Below, in pieces: positions 13,010 through 27,739 of a stretch of DNA of 64,000 nucleotides. The stretch is from the NCBI RefSeq assembly GCF_009914755.1, contig NC_060942.1. One strand, written 5' to 3'. The DNA is from the human T2T-CHM13v2.0 reference genome, Homo sapiens. The notes under the pieces were generated by a model, which worked only from the letters and a program-made list of their open reading frames with translations, did no database searches and was not told the origin of the DNA. A program made the translations under genes and the position numbers. Each line of letters starts with the position of its first letter. Positions within the stretch are counted from its first letter, which is position 1.

Positions 13010-13481
13010 AACATTAGTTTCCTATTATACTGTAATAAATTACTACTAACTTAGTGACTTAAAACAACATAAATGTATTATCTAACAGTTCAGGAGGTCA
13101 GAAATCAAAACTGGGCTAAAATCAAGGTGTTGGTGGGGCTGCATGCCTTCTGGAGGCTCTGGAGGAGAATCTGCTCTCTTGCTTTTTTCCAGCTGGTAGA
13201 GACTGCCTGTATTCCTTGGCTCAAGGCCCCACATCACTCATGCCTCTGCTTGTGCCTCAGGCTCATCATTCAGAGGTTTCTGACTCTCCTGCCTCCTTCT
13301 TTTGAGGACCATTGTGATAACAGTGAGCCCACCAGGGTAATCCAGGATAAACTCCCCACCCTAAGATCTCTAACTCAATCACATCTGCAAAGTCCCTTTT
13401 GCCACGTCAGGCAATATACTCAAAGGTTTCGGGAATTAACATGTGGATATCTTGGGGAAGGACATAATTCTGTCTATTACA
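13010..13481 (-). mobile_element. MaLR LTR (MLT1C/D-like)
   Basis: 'cttagtgacttaaaacaac…ggctaaaatcaaggtgttgg…cacatctgcaaagtcccttttgcca'. Confidence 0.82.
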
Positions 13482-13532
13482 CTGAGTCTTTCAATAGTCT
13501 GTTGCTTTTTATTTCTGAGTAGGAATATATAG

Positions 13533-13920
13533 TGCATTAGTCCATTCTTACATTGCTATAAAGCATTACCCGAGACTGGGAATTTATGAAGAAAAGAGGT
13601 TTCGTTGACTCATAGTTCTGCAGGCTGTACAGGAAGCATAGTTGAAGAGGCCTCAGGAAACTTACACTCACTACAGAAAGCAAACGAGAAGCAGACATCT
13701 TCTTCACAATGGTGAATCAGGAGAGAGAGAGAGAGAGAGATAAAGGAGAAAGTGCCATACACTTTTACACAATCAGATCTCGTGAGAACTCACTATCATG
13801 AGAACAGCAAGGGGGAAATCTGCCCCCATGATCCAGTCACCTCCCACTAGGCCTCTCCTCCAGCAATGAAGATGATAATTCAACATGAGATTTGAGTGGG
13901 GACACAGCCAAATCATATCA
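13533..13920 (-). mobile_element. MaLR LTR (MSTA-like)
   Basis: tgcattagtccattcttacattgctataaag…ggggacacagccaaatcatatca. Confidence 0.88.
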
Positions 13921-15937
13921 TCATAGTATAGATATATTTATAAAACCACTCACCAGTGGAAATAGTCCCAATGTATGACTATTCCAAATAATGCTGCTAT
14001 GAACAATTGTGAATAGGTTTTTGTGTGGACATAAACTTTTATTTCTCTGGGATAAATGATAGCATAATAGGTATAGGTTTACATTGTTTTGAAACTACCA
14101 AACTATTTTCTAGAGTAGCTGTGCTGTTTTATAGTCCTATCAACAACATATGAGAAATTCAGGTTTTCCACATTATTGGCAGCATTTGGTATTATCAATA
14201 TTTTTTATTTTACTCTTTGAACAGGTAGGCAGTGATATCTCATCATTTCCTTAATTTACATTTCCCTGATGGCTAGTGATATCGAACATCTTTTCATGAC
14301 TTGTTTGCCATCCATTTATCTTCTTTGGTGACCTTATCTTCATGTCTTTTGCCTATTTTCTGGTTGGATTATTTCTTATTTGTTTTATTATTGAGTTTTG
14401 AGAGTTCTGTATGTATTCTAGACATGAGGTCTTTATCAGATATGTGGTTTTCAAATATTTACTCCCAGTTTGTAGCTTGTCTTTTTTTCTTAACAAAGTA
14501 TTTCCCAGAGCACGTTTTTAATTTTGATGAAGCATAATTTACCAGTTTTTTTTCTTTTATGATCATGCTTTTGGTATTATGTCTATGAGCTTTTCATAAA
14601 GCTCTATGTACTGAAGATTTTCTCCTTTATTTTGTTCTAAAACTTTTAAAATTTTTATGCTTTACATTTAAATCTATAATCTATTTTGAGTTAACTTTTG
14701 TATAAGGCATGAGGTTTTGTTTTTGTTTGTTTGGTCCATGGATATCCAATTGCTCCACACCATTTGTTGGAAAAGATATTCTTCCCCGCATTGACTGGCT
14801 TTTGCACTCAGCTTAACTGAGTTCACTCTGCTTATCTCTACTAGTCATTCAAGTGCATGACAGAGTTAACCTAGTCCCCATGTAACCACTTAGCACCATC
14901 TATATGTGGCCAGGAAGGAGAGTTCATTTTTTAATATCTCTCTTCTCCTAATCCATTATCCATGATAATCCATGTGTCCCCTGGGTACTTAATCATCAAA
15001 GCAACCATAAACCTCTTTTTGAAGATCAAATGGTTCTTTAATCCATTTACTTGCAGAATCCTGAGTTATAGAACATTAATCGTAAGCGGGCCACTATTCT
15101 AAGTTTCTCCTGGAGCCTTTTAACGTCACAAATCAGTAATGGCTTATGGGCCAGGTGGGTCAAAATGTGGAACAAATCCCCTTGGTTGGTTGCTTTTCCC
15201 TGCATCACCATTTGAACTTAGCTCTCACCGCCCGCCTGGCCTGCCTGCCCTCCCAGAATCCCGTCGATGAATTAACAGCCCAAGAGCTAATTAGACTTTC
15301 AACTTTCCAGTGAGGGTGCCGTTAATTCTCATCTTCCTTTCTGCACCCAGTTAGCTAAAACCATTTAGGGAAATCACCCTAGGTCTTTGAACTCTCAAAG
15401 AAGTAAGAAAGCAGTAATTTTCATTAAGCAAAAGCACCATGTTCCAAGCTAAGTTTCCCTCTATCCTTATTCACGTCCTCTTCCCTCATTACTGAGGGAC
15501 TGTATCAAATTACCCCAAAATGGCCAAGGACACGGGTGGCCACTGCAAAGCCTCTTAGCCTCAAGAAAACCCCAAGGTCATTATTATATCTCCCTCTACG
15601 TTTTTCATTTACCCAGTTAAGAGAAACGATAATTATTTCTGAACCACTCAATAAAAGAAATTCAGATTCCATAATAACTAGAAATGTTATATTGGTATTA
15701 TCCTTTATAAAGATTTTCTTTGCCAGAGGAGCTGGATTAACTTGAACATAGAAAAACTCCTGACTCTGATCACGAGAAGAGGCTTTTTAATTATTCATTA
15801 TGCAGTAACTAAGTGTTCTTTGGTTAAGGGGGAAAAAAAAGCCTTCTTCTAAATAAAAACCCATTCATGAGATGGATGAAAAGCCTTGCATTTTCTATGT
15901 CCTTCCCAAGTGTCTACTCAACAGAGTCTCTTCATGT

Positions 15938-15939
<2 letters not shown>

Positions 15940-15988
<49 letters not shown>
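15940..15988. repeat. (TA)n microsatellite
   Basis: Directly visible. Confidence 0.98.
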
Positions 15989-15994
<6 letters not shown>

Positions 15995-16267
15995 ATTGAA
16001 ACATCAGTCAGAAGCATGGGAGAAAGACAAAGAATAATAAAATGAACCCAGGAACCCAAGGAGAAAGAGTAGCAGCCCAAAAAGGAGGGTGCTGCAGATT
16101 GAATGATGGTAGGGGCTCCCCAGAATGAACTGGTCTCTGCAGATTGGACTGAGATGCCCATTGTTCAGCACTTCTGCTGACCACCAATGATGAGCTCAGC
16201 CTGACTTAAGATACAAGCAGGAGATGGAGAAAGAATGGATGTTTCTTCCTCTGCAAGAAAGACTGTT

Positions 16268-16418
16268 AGCCAAGCGCAGTAGCTCATGCCTGTAATCCCA
16301 ATACTTTCGGAGGCCAAAGTGGGAGGATCATTTGAGCCCAGGAGTTCAAGACCAGCTTAGACAACAAAGTGAGACCCCATTTCTGCAAAAAAAATTTAAT
16401 AAAAAATAAAATAAAACA
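16268..16418 (+). mobile_element. Free left Alu monomer (FLAM_C-like)
   Basis: Single monomer plus A tail, flanked by TSD aagaaagactgtt/aagaaaaactgtt. Confidence 0.85.
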
Positions 16419-16735
16419 AAGAAAAACTGTTGTGTGACCCTCCTGGGACCTTAATGAAGAACCAGGGGAAATCAATGCCCAGAGAAGGACCCAAGATAGG
16501 AAGGGACTGAGCTGAGGATCTGGATGAAGTGTTTGGCCCTTAAGAATGTCTACATCTGCTTCCTTCTCCTTGAAGCTGGATGCTGCACCTGTCTTGAAGA
16601 CTTGGGCAGGCCTCCTGAGCACAGTCATAATGTGCTCGCTGGGAGTCCTTAGGATGGATAAGTGACATCCTTACACTAGATAAACAATTTTGTTGTTCCC
16701 TAAGCATGTGGCCTGAAAAAGACATTGTTGATGAC

Positions 16736-17106
16736 TGTTATGACCTGAATGTTTGTGTCACCCCAAAATTCATACGTTGAAGCCCTACCCCTAATGTGAT
16801 GGTATTTGGAGATGGACATTTAGGAGATAATCAGGATTAGACAACATTATAAAGGTGGGGCCCTCGTGATGGAATTAGTGCTCTCATAAGAAGAGACACT
16901 AGAAAGCCTGCTATTTATCTTTCTCTGCCATGTGAAGACACAGAGAGAAGGGAGATCTACAAGCCGGGAATAGAGCCCCCACCAGGAACAATCAGCCAGC
17001 ACCTTTACTTTGGATTTCCCAACCTCCAGAGTTGCAAAAAATATATTGTCACTTAAGGTATACAGTCTATTGGATTTTATTATGGAAACAAGAGCCAACT
17101 AACACA
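16736..17106 (+). mobile_element. MaLR solo LTR (MLT1A/MST-type)
   Basis: TG…CA ends with a perfect 5-bp TSD atgac. Confidence 0.9.
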
Positions 17107-17299
17107 ATGACACATCGCTGAGAAGGGGTCAGGATATAGGGGCCACTTGTGGATGTAGCCAAGGAAGTAATCTGAAAAAGCTGAAAGGATGAGTCTGTAT
17201 TTTCCCTTATACACACATTCTGGCTAAAGACAGAAAACCTTTGTATAGGCCTACTCTTCACTGGTGTAAATTTCACTCTCTATCACTCGTGACTTACAA

Positions 17300-17465
17300 G
17301 GATCTGATTTCTAACCCTAGTTTCTACCATTTATTGGCAATATAACCCTGGGTAAGACGCTTAATGACAATAATTTATAAGATGGGTTGCAATACCTTCC
17401 TCTTAGGCTTGTGGTGAGAATTTAATGAACTAATATGTAGAAGGCATCTGGCACAATGCTTGGCA
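17300..17465 (+). mobile_element. MIR
   Basis: Core-SINE motifs 'ggcttgtggtgagaatttaatgaactaatatgtagaaggcatctggcacaatgcttggca'. Confidence 0.7.
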
Positions 17466-18847
17466 AAATGCCATCCCAACAAGGAAGAGGAGGGGTGTGC
17501 TAGTGGGAGGTGGATCTTCCTTGCAGTGGAAAAGAAGCTCTAGAAGACAGCATTGAAGAGTAGCATGCCATCTCCTTCCTTTATGAGTGAGATTTTGGCC
17601 TTGTCATCATGGCCATTCCTTTTGAGCCACTGCAGCCTCTCCAGCTGCCTGTAACATGTCTGCTTCCACTCTTGATTAAACAACCAAGACAGGACATTCA
17701 TGACAAGCAAGTATTTTCTAGTTGTTGCCTAAAAGCAACAGTTTTTTGTTATTGCTACTTGCCTTTCAATAGCTAGTGCTTTTAATGGAATTGCAGTAGT
17801 AATACTGTCCCAAGGTGATGGGCTACTATGACTGAATAATATCCCCAGATTTCATTTCTTTTATTAAACAACAGTAGGACACAGACTCATCTCATGAATG
17901 TTAATGTGATCAAGATTGTTGCCCACTGGAAAAATGTGTTCTAATTGAGTCGTGAGAAAGTGTGCCTTGCCATATAAAACAAAAGGAAATCAATAGCTTT
18001 CAAAGGATTAGAGTTCCCAGAGGCTCCATGGGACCAGGCAAGTAATGCTATTTTGTCAAAATCATGTTTTTGAAAAAAATTCCAAAAATCTCTCCTTCCA
18101 TCTATGGGATGGATTCACTTAAGCATTTTATTTTTCTTGTCAATAAAGTGTCAAAGCAATTTGACTAAATGTGGAGGTGAACACGTGATTTCAGTCTTAT
18201 TACACATACTCTGCCAGCTTGTTTAATGATCAGCTAGGTATTTTCCTCAAAGACTTGGCATCTTCCTAAGTGGGAATCAGGCCAGGGTATTTATTTAAGC
18301 TTTACAGAATAGTTCTCTCATATCCAACCCCTCTTCTCCGTCACCATGACCAGCTGACTGTGACATGCTTGTGTGCCCCATGGCCTTTCTCACATGTCCC
18401 TCCATAAGGAAATTCAGATTTCAGCCTCTTTCTTCTGTCCTCCTACCTTTGCATCAAGAAGAGATCCCTGCAATTTACCTTGATTACTTGTGTGAAATGA
18501 GAACAGCCATGGTCAAAATGAGTTAATAAATGCTCCCCATACAAGGCAAATGATATGGTGATACAGAAAAGTGAGGGGGCACTTTGCCAAAATATGAAGC
18601 AAGCTATTTACACTGGGTATATTGATGAGCACATCTCACCGTCCAATGGAAACCATGCAGTAGCATTGCAGCTTACAGAATCTTCGTGCATATGCTAGAG
18701 GGCTAATGTTGCATGCAAGTGAGTTGCTTTGTTAGCCTTGGCCTTGTGACCATGGGAGACAGTCAGAGAGGAAAGGACTGTGTACTTGCTGAATGAGGTA
18801 TTGGTCGAGAACTGCCATGTCCTAGCTGGCAGCTGCTGGTTTTTCTA

Positions 18848-19205
<358 letters not shown>

Positions 19206-19689
19206 TCATTCTAAAAGGACAGGCTTTTGTGGACAAGACTATTTATGTTCATTCCTCTTGACCACTAGACTCTAAAACACAATTTATTAAAAGTTGTATT
19301 GTCCAAATGACTGCACCCAAGATTAGAGGTAGGAATACTTTTGTGGCCACTAATATGGGTGTAACCAGATATGAAGTCTTTCTTTACACACATGCTTCAG
19401 CCAATTATTGATATCAAATTACCCGATTCTCTAATGCCACCATAAGACATCTCTGATGGTCTCTCTGCTCACAGACAAAAGAAATAATTTGAAAACTCAG
19501 CTTGAGATATATAAACAAGAGTGACAAGGTGTATGTGGAGCTCTAGAAATTACTGTGGCAGCCTCTGTAAATCAGAAACTCAAAGATCTTTCACAACCTT
19601 TTCCCCCTTGCCTTCCTCTACTTCTTCCTATGGAGGCCAGAAAAATAAAATATGTTCTTTCCTAGGGACACAGTTCTAGCCAATGTAAT

Positions 19690-20804
<1,115 letters not shown>

Positions 20805-21404
20805 TAATAAAAGAAAAAGTCACTGGATAGAGCTCTCAGGAAAGTTCTTTAAAGGGATGGGCTTGGCTAGCACAGCTCCTTACCTCTGCCTTTCAGCCTC
20901 ACTCCCTCCTCCATGACACCTGGGGATGCAGCAGCCATCTGGAGACCATGAAAATGAAAGCCACTTGCTATGAGAGAAGAGAAAGATAAACAGGACTTGT
21001 TCTTGATGATATTTGGAACTGGTGTTCTTGTCCAGAATCATCTACCCCCAGAATTATGTTGCATGTGACAAATAAACACTTGCCTTGTTTAGGCCTTGTC
21101 AGTTAGGTGTTCTGTTACTTGCAGCTAAATATAATCCTAATGGATGCGCTTTCTCTGAGCATCCAACATTTGCTAGCTCAGCTCTGTCATTCTACCATGT
21201 ATCCTAGTGACAGGCATTTGCATCTGTCTTGACTGACAACACCCTGAGCCTGCACTACTGCTATGGTACTAGACAAAATCTGTCCTTTGCCAAACTTTCT
21301 AAAAATAGTGAATCATGATGATTATTCCAACTTTGTTGGCTATTTACATTCTGGAATCTTTATTACTATTGCATGTTTTCTTAATTTGGTGAAATATAGT
21401 TATT

Positions 21405-22245
21405 AGGTATAGGAGAAAAACAGTGTTGGTGTTGGTGTTTTTCTCACCCAGCACTTCTGACACCAGATGTGTGGGAGTTTTCCCCACACACCAAGTAAGC
21501 AATACTCCAGAAGACACCAACTAGGTGTCCTATAATTCAACCCAATTCTGACACTCCCACAGGTTAAGGGTTCAGTCCCATACACTGCCCCCCACTTCAG
21601 ATGCCTATCACAAGCCCCAGGTTGTGTCCTGTATTTCCAGCCAACTGGCTATAAATTGGGATTCCCATGACCCCCTCCTCAAGTTCAATCAATTTGCCAG
21701 GACAGCTTACAAAACTCAGGGAAACACTTACTTAGGTTTACCAGCTTATTATGAAGGACATTACAGAGGATACAGGTGAACAGGTTTATAGGGAAGGGCA
21801 TGTGGGAAGGGGTGTGGAGCTTCTATGTCCTCTCTGAGCACACCACCCTCCAGGAACCTCTGTGTGTTTAGCTATCCAGAAGCTCTCCAAAGCCAGTCTT
21901 TTTGGGTTTTTATAAAAGCTTCATTACCAAGGCATGATTGATTAAATCATTGTCGACTGGTGATCAACTTAACCTTCAGTCCCTCTTCCCTACTCTGAGG
22001 TTAGAGGCTGGGGCTAAAAGGCCCAATCTTCTAATGCCTTGGTCTTTCCAATGACCAGCCCCTGTCCTGAAGCTATTTAGGGGCCCCCAGCCATCTACAT
22101 TATTGAATCAGCTCAATAACATACAAAAGACACTCTTATCACTCAGGTTTTAGGAATGTAAGTCAGGAAACCAGGACAAAGGGTTTTAGGAGCCTTATAC
22201 CAGGAAACTGAGACAAAGACAAAACATATATTTCATAATATCACA
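21405..22245 (-). mobile_element. MER21-type LTR
   Basis: 'acttctgacaccagatgtgtggg', 'cccacaggttaagggttcagtccca', ending 'ataatatcaca'. Confidence 0.82.
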
Positions 22246-22879
22246 ACAGTGTATGATTTTTCTGGGCTTATTTAAACCTCCTTTTTTCCCTAATACTTCG
22301 TATCGCTTTTTTAAACAAAGTTATTACACTTTCTACCTGGAGGCTGCCACAGGGGCCAATCTACTCCTTCAGTTACAAAGCTAAAGTATCTGTAAAGATC
22401 ATTTTCTACATAGAACCCTTCCCAAAGGCCCACCGTAGGCACTAGTTTTCAGTCAGAACTCATGTAACAGACTCCACAAGCTAGCTGAAGGACAACAGCT
22501 TTTGCTTAAGCCCATAAATATTTTATGGTCCAATCTTAACAGTTCCTAAAGATGAAAGCACTTCGTACAGTATCCAATTGCCCCCAATGACTCTTCTATC
22601 TGAATAGTTGGCTCTAATCACTTTACTTATCATTTGTGGGCTCTTACTCTCCCCTTGAATAACTGGACATAAATCAATAGGAAGCAATTTGTTAAATGCA
22701 TAATATAGGGCTTGTTTGTAATTATCTTCAAACCACAGTGTGTACTTGATACATACGTGGAAGTGATTGAAAGACACCACTGCCTAAGAGTGTAAAATCT
22801 TCTCAGAAAGAAGGCAAACATTGCCCAGCTGCCATGCCCACCTCTCTAGAAATAGTAACAAAGAGAAAATGCAAAAATT

Positions 22880-23090
22880 AACAGTAACATGGCACTTACT
22901 ATATGCCAGGCTGTACTAAGAACTTTAAATATAATAACTCATTTAATCCTCACAACCCTATAATGTAGCTAGTATTATCATCCCTGTTACACAAATGAAG
23001 AAACTGAGACAGAGATACTAAATGGTTGGACTGAGATTTGAAAGCAGACAAATAACTCCAGAGTCTATGTCTTCACCAACATATTTTGCT
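22880..23090 (-). mobile_element. MIR
   Basis: 'aactcatttaatcctcacaaccctat…acaaatgaagaaactgagacagaga'. Confidence 0.75.
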
Positions 23091-23540
23091 GCCTCAGGAT
23101 CCCTACTGCTTGGTGTTCATACAACATGTGATCTTCCCCTCTTGAGTGTGGATAGGACCTATGACTTCCTTTTCACCAACAGAATATGACAAAGGAGATG
23201 CGATTTTGTTTCCATCATTACATTGCATACAGAACTGAGGGTGGCCTCTGGCCAACAATTAGCAAGGAACAGAGGCCCTCAGTCCAACAACCCTTCAGGA
23301 AGTGAATTCCGCTGACAACCATGTGATCTTGGACATAGATCCTTCCCCAGTTGAGTTTTCAGATAAGACTGCAGCTCCAGCCCACACATTAATTACACCC
23401 TTGTGAGAGTCCCTGAAACAGAGGATCCAGCTAATCCAAGCCTAGAAGGCTGACCCACAGAAACTGTGAGACAATGAATGTGTACCCTTGTAGGTTGCTA
23501 AGTGTGTGGTAATTTGCTACACAGCAATAGATAATTTATA
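23091..23540 (+). mobile_element. MLT1E/F-like LTR
   Basis: 'tgacccacagaaactgtgagacaatgaatgtgt…aatttgctacacagcaatagataa'. Confidence 0.75.
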
Positions 23541-24196
23541 AGTATATGCTGCCTCTTGCTGCAACACTTACTTTGGAATATAAATCTGGCCCATCAAAAG
23601 TTGTCACCAAATAAGAAAACAAGATTGCTATTGTTTCTGATTAAAAAAAAAAAAAGCCTAAGAATATGCACCCAAAGGAGTCTAGGCAGCAGTGCAGAAG
23701 CAAATCAATGTTTTTTGAGAAGAAGAAAGCTGACTGTTCTCCCATACAACACACCCCTCCTCTGACCCTTGTTAATACCTGACCTCAAGGCGATAAAGAA
23801 AGGTACTGGGAGAGAGCAGGCCAGTAAAGAGATGTACCTTACATCCTTTGAAGCAATTTTCAACATCCCCTGTAGTTTCTGAGGTCTTTGCTTTTAAGAA
23901 TTCTGTTTTTGCTGTCATTTAGTATTATATACAATGAGTGAGCACCTGGGATCAGAAGACCTAAGAAAAGACTGATAACCCAGGATAAGGGAAAAGCACA
24001 GAAGTAACCCAGACCCAGGTAGGTATCAGCTGGAGCAGAAGCCAGCACCTAAGTAGGACATCAATGCCAATGTGGGGGATCTGGGTGAGGTTTAAGGGAT
24101 CAGGCAGGTGTCAAAGGGTAGATTAAGTCACTGGTTCAGCATCTAGGGAGAAAGTCAGTGTGTGGGAGGCAGGAAGCTAAAAAGAATATGCAACAG

Positions 24197-24477
24197 AGGC
24201 TGGGCATGGTGGAGTGGCTCATGCCTGTAATCCCAGTACTTTGGGAGGCCACGGCAGGATTGCTTGAGCTCAGGAGTTCAAGACCAGCCTGAGCAGAATA
24301 ACAGAACCTCATCTCTAAAAATATTAATAAAAAAATAGCTGGGTGTGGTCGCACATGCCTGTGGTCCCAGCCACTCATGAAGTTGAGGTGGGAGGATCAC
24401 TTGAACCCAGGAGGTCAAGGCTGCAATAAGCATGATCATGCCACTGCACTTCTGTCTTTTAGACAGGGTCTTACTCT
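24197..24477 (+). mobile_element. AluJ with inverted 3' terminus
   Basis: Normal to ccactgcact (24450), followed by the reverse complement of the Alu 3' end. Confidence 0.88.
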
Positions 24478-25875
24478 TAGGCAGGTCATCACCTGATGAT
24501 CTTTCTGGACAGTTCCTCTCCAGGACATGCAGGAAAGGAGTAAAAGAACCAAGCATAGATTCTTTGTGCTAGAAGGGATCTTAGCAGCTGTCTCACCATA
24601 TTATCTCATTTTACAGACTGAAAAACTTCTGAAACCCAGAGTGGTTGGCAACACGTCCAAGTTCACAAAGCTAGTTAATGGTGCGTCAGAAGCGGGCATT
24701 AGCCAGATGCTCTTCTAATGCCACTGCAGCCAGTTAACCAACGGGGCCTGAAGAGCCTGAGCCTTCAGCCCTATGTAGACAAGTGACTCTGTGTAGCTAA
24801 GTGCTAAATTGTACAGACAGGCTATAAATGCTAGAGGAGTTCTGGAGGTAAATGAAAGAGGACTGGGTAATTAGAAACAACTCATGAAAGCGGCTCAATC
24901 CAACCCAATCTAGACTGTGCAGAATGAGGAGAAGCTATGTATTGTTGTAAATTGACTCAGAATCTCTAAATAGGCTCAGAATCTCTAACCTCCTCCTCAT
25001 CAAGACAAAGACCTTAAACACTGACATTTTCCCACATTTCCCCTATTTCCCATCTTCCAGATGTTTATCTAGTATATTATGCACAAAAGTTTGAAAATAC
25101 AGGGAAAATATAGCTTGATTTTGGACACGTTTCAATGATTTCTTTGTTCACCATTGTTTTTCTGTTCCACACCTTTTGGATTCATTTTCTCCTGCAGGAA
25201 ATACGTAAAGTTTAGCAGTTCTTTCAGGAAGGCACTCTGATAGCAAACCCTCCTAGCCCTGGTGTCTGGCTATGTCTGTTTCACTCTCACTCCTGAACAA
25301 TACTTGGGGAAGGAATTATTCTAGCATTTACCCTCAGTGCTGAAGAGGCAGCTGCCAATCTGCTGGCCATTCTTTTGTGAGGGACAAGTCTTTTCTTACT
25401 GCTTGCTTGTAAGACTTCCCCTTTTGTTCTCCATGTTTGGCCATTTCACTTGACTTGTTCCCCACTTCATTCAGTCTTGGCTTAAATGCCACCTCTTCAG
25501 AAAGACTTTCCTTGCCCATTTGATCTAAAATACCTCCTTTTACTCTAGTTTATTTTTCCTTCATAATACTTACCTATACATGAATTTAAAGTTATATATA
25601 TATAAGTATATATATAAAAAACACATATATTATATTCTAGATGCATATTATATATGTGTGTGTGTTCCCCCACTGAATACACAGTACCTAGAACAGGACC
25701 TGGCAATAAATCACTAAATCAATAGCTCCTGATAAATGAACAATTATACATAGATGTGAGGTTTCATGGTGGTTGTTGAGTTCATCCTGCTCAGCATTTG
25801 GTGCTGAACTCCTTCCATCTTAACATCCTTGGTCTAAAACATTGGCAATTTCCTATATTAAGTGGTTTAGGACTC

Positions 25876-26652
25876 TGTAATAGTCATGGATCTCCAGAGA
25901 ACAGAACCAACAGGAGATATATAGAGAGAGAAAGAGAGATTTTAAGGAACGTGTGATTGTGGAGGGTTGGTAAACCCAAAATCTGTGGGGTAAGCCAGCA
26001 GTTTGGAGACCTAGGGATGAATTGTAGTTCGAGTCCAAAAACCATCTATAGGCAGAACTTATATAATAGAAGCATAATCTGCTATACTCAAAGTCTACTG
26101 ATTTGTTTTTTAGAGATAGAGTTTCATTCTGTTGCCCAGGTTGAAGTGCAGTGGCAAAATCATACCTCACTGTAACCTTGAATTCCTGGACTCTAGTGAT
26201 CTTCCCACCACAGCCTCCTAGCTAGCTGGGACTACAAGCATATGTCACCATGCCCAGGCAATTTTTAAAATTTTTTGTGGAGATGCGCTCTTGCTATGTT
26301 GCCCAAGATGGTCTTGAACTCCTGTGCTCAAGCAGTTCTCCCACTTCAGCCTCCCAAGTAGATAGGAGTAGTGAGGATTACAAGTGCATCCCACAACACC
26401 TGATTAATTATTTTATTTTTTGTAGAAACAACGTCTTGCTGTATTGCACAGGCTGGTCTCCAACTCCTGGCTTCAAGCGATCCTCCTGCCTTGGCCAGGA
26501 TTATAGGCATGAGCCACCACACCTGGCCTACTGCTGATTTAAATGTTAATCTCATCTAAAAAAATGCCTTCACAGAAATATCTAGAATAACATTTGAACA
26601 ATATGTGGATATCATGACCTAGCCACATTGACACATAAAATTAACCTTCACA
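25876..26652 (-). mobile_element. ERVL solo LTR (MLT2C/D-like) with internal Alu trimer
   Basis: Perfect 5-bp TSD gactc. 'ttgacacataaaattaacc…caca' is the MLT2 terminus. Confidence 0.88.
26102..26528 (-). mobile_element. AluJ-age element with three monomers
   Basis: One right arm and two left-arm-like monomers in tandem. Confidence 0.8.
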
Positions 26653-27739
26653 GACTCTCACCCTAGATGGGAAGTGCTCCATTTGTGCCACCCAATCTCA
26701 CTCCTGTTTTGCTTGGTGGCCTCTGTTTCCTCCCAGAGCTGCTTACTTCCAGCTGCCACCCACCTCTGGGCTCTCTAGTGGAGTTATTTCACTCTGGGGG
26801 CTGTGGCTGCACAGAGATTCCAGTGTCCCACCATGGGCCCTGCAGACCTTCCCAGGCAGTGCTGAAGACCAGGGCCCACCACCCCTTGTCTGGCCATGAG
26901 TCCCTTGGGTCATGTGACTTCAACCCCCTCCCTCATCAATGTGAGTTTCCTCTGCACTCAGGTTCACAGAGATTTTCCTCTTGGCATTTTGGGCATTCTT
27001 AAACTGTTTTGGAATGGGTTGCATATATTTAAATTTTTTAAAGCAATATTTCACCTTACGCCAGTGGAATGGAAGGTAGGGGAGAGTGTACATGCTCCCT
27101 CTGGCACCTTGATTGGAAGTTGGTAGGAATTAAATGGGTCTGGGAGAGATGGCAAGGCATCCTGGGTGCAAGAGAGCAGAGAACAGATGGGAAGAGTGTG
27201 CTCCATGGTGAGGAAAGCCAAGAGCCCTTCTTGAGCATTCTCATACTGGAGCACCTGTTACGCGCTGGGGGCTGTGCAGGTGCTGGGGGCTGGGCAGGTG
27301 CTGGAGACAGTGATTACAAGACATGCGCATTCCTGTTCTCAGCAAGCCCAGCACGGAGACTGGAGAGAGCATGCTGGGCACAGTGGCAATCAGGGTTTGA
27401 TAAGGAAGGGTCAGATTTTATTTTATTTTATTTATTTTTTCAGATTTTTTGCAAATGCCTTTAATATGAATATTCTCTTTGACAAGTTGCAACAAAGTTG
27501 AGAAAATGCAGTAGCTAGATCAAAGAGTCCCAAGACTTTGGTGCCATACAATAATGCCTTTATAATCATAACCACCTTTGTTTTTCCTCAGAAGTTTCTA
27601 ATCCAGTTTAAGAATGCCTAAAATGCCAATTTTCTGACTCAAGCATCTACAAAAATATTTGCTTAATAAGGGTGTTTGCACTTAGAAAAATGTGAGTCTC
27701 ACATCTGTGTCTATACACCAGCTTAGCATCATGACAATG

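Noticed and set aside
13073-13522. 149-aa ORF
   Set aside because: Lies almost wholly within an MLT1 LTR; chance open frame.
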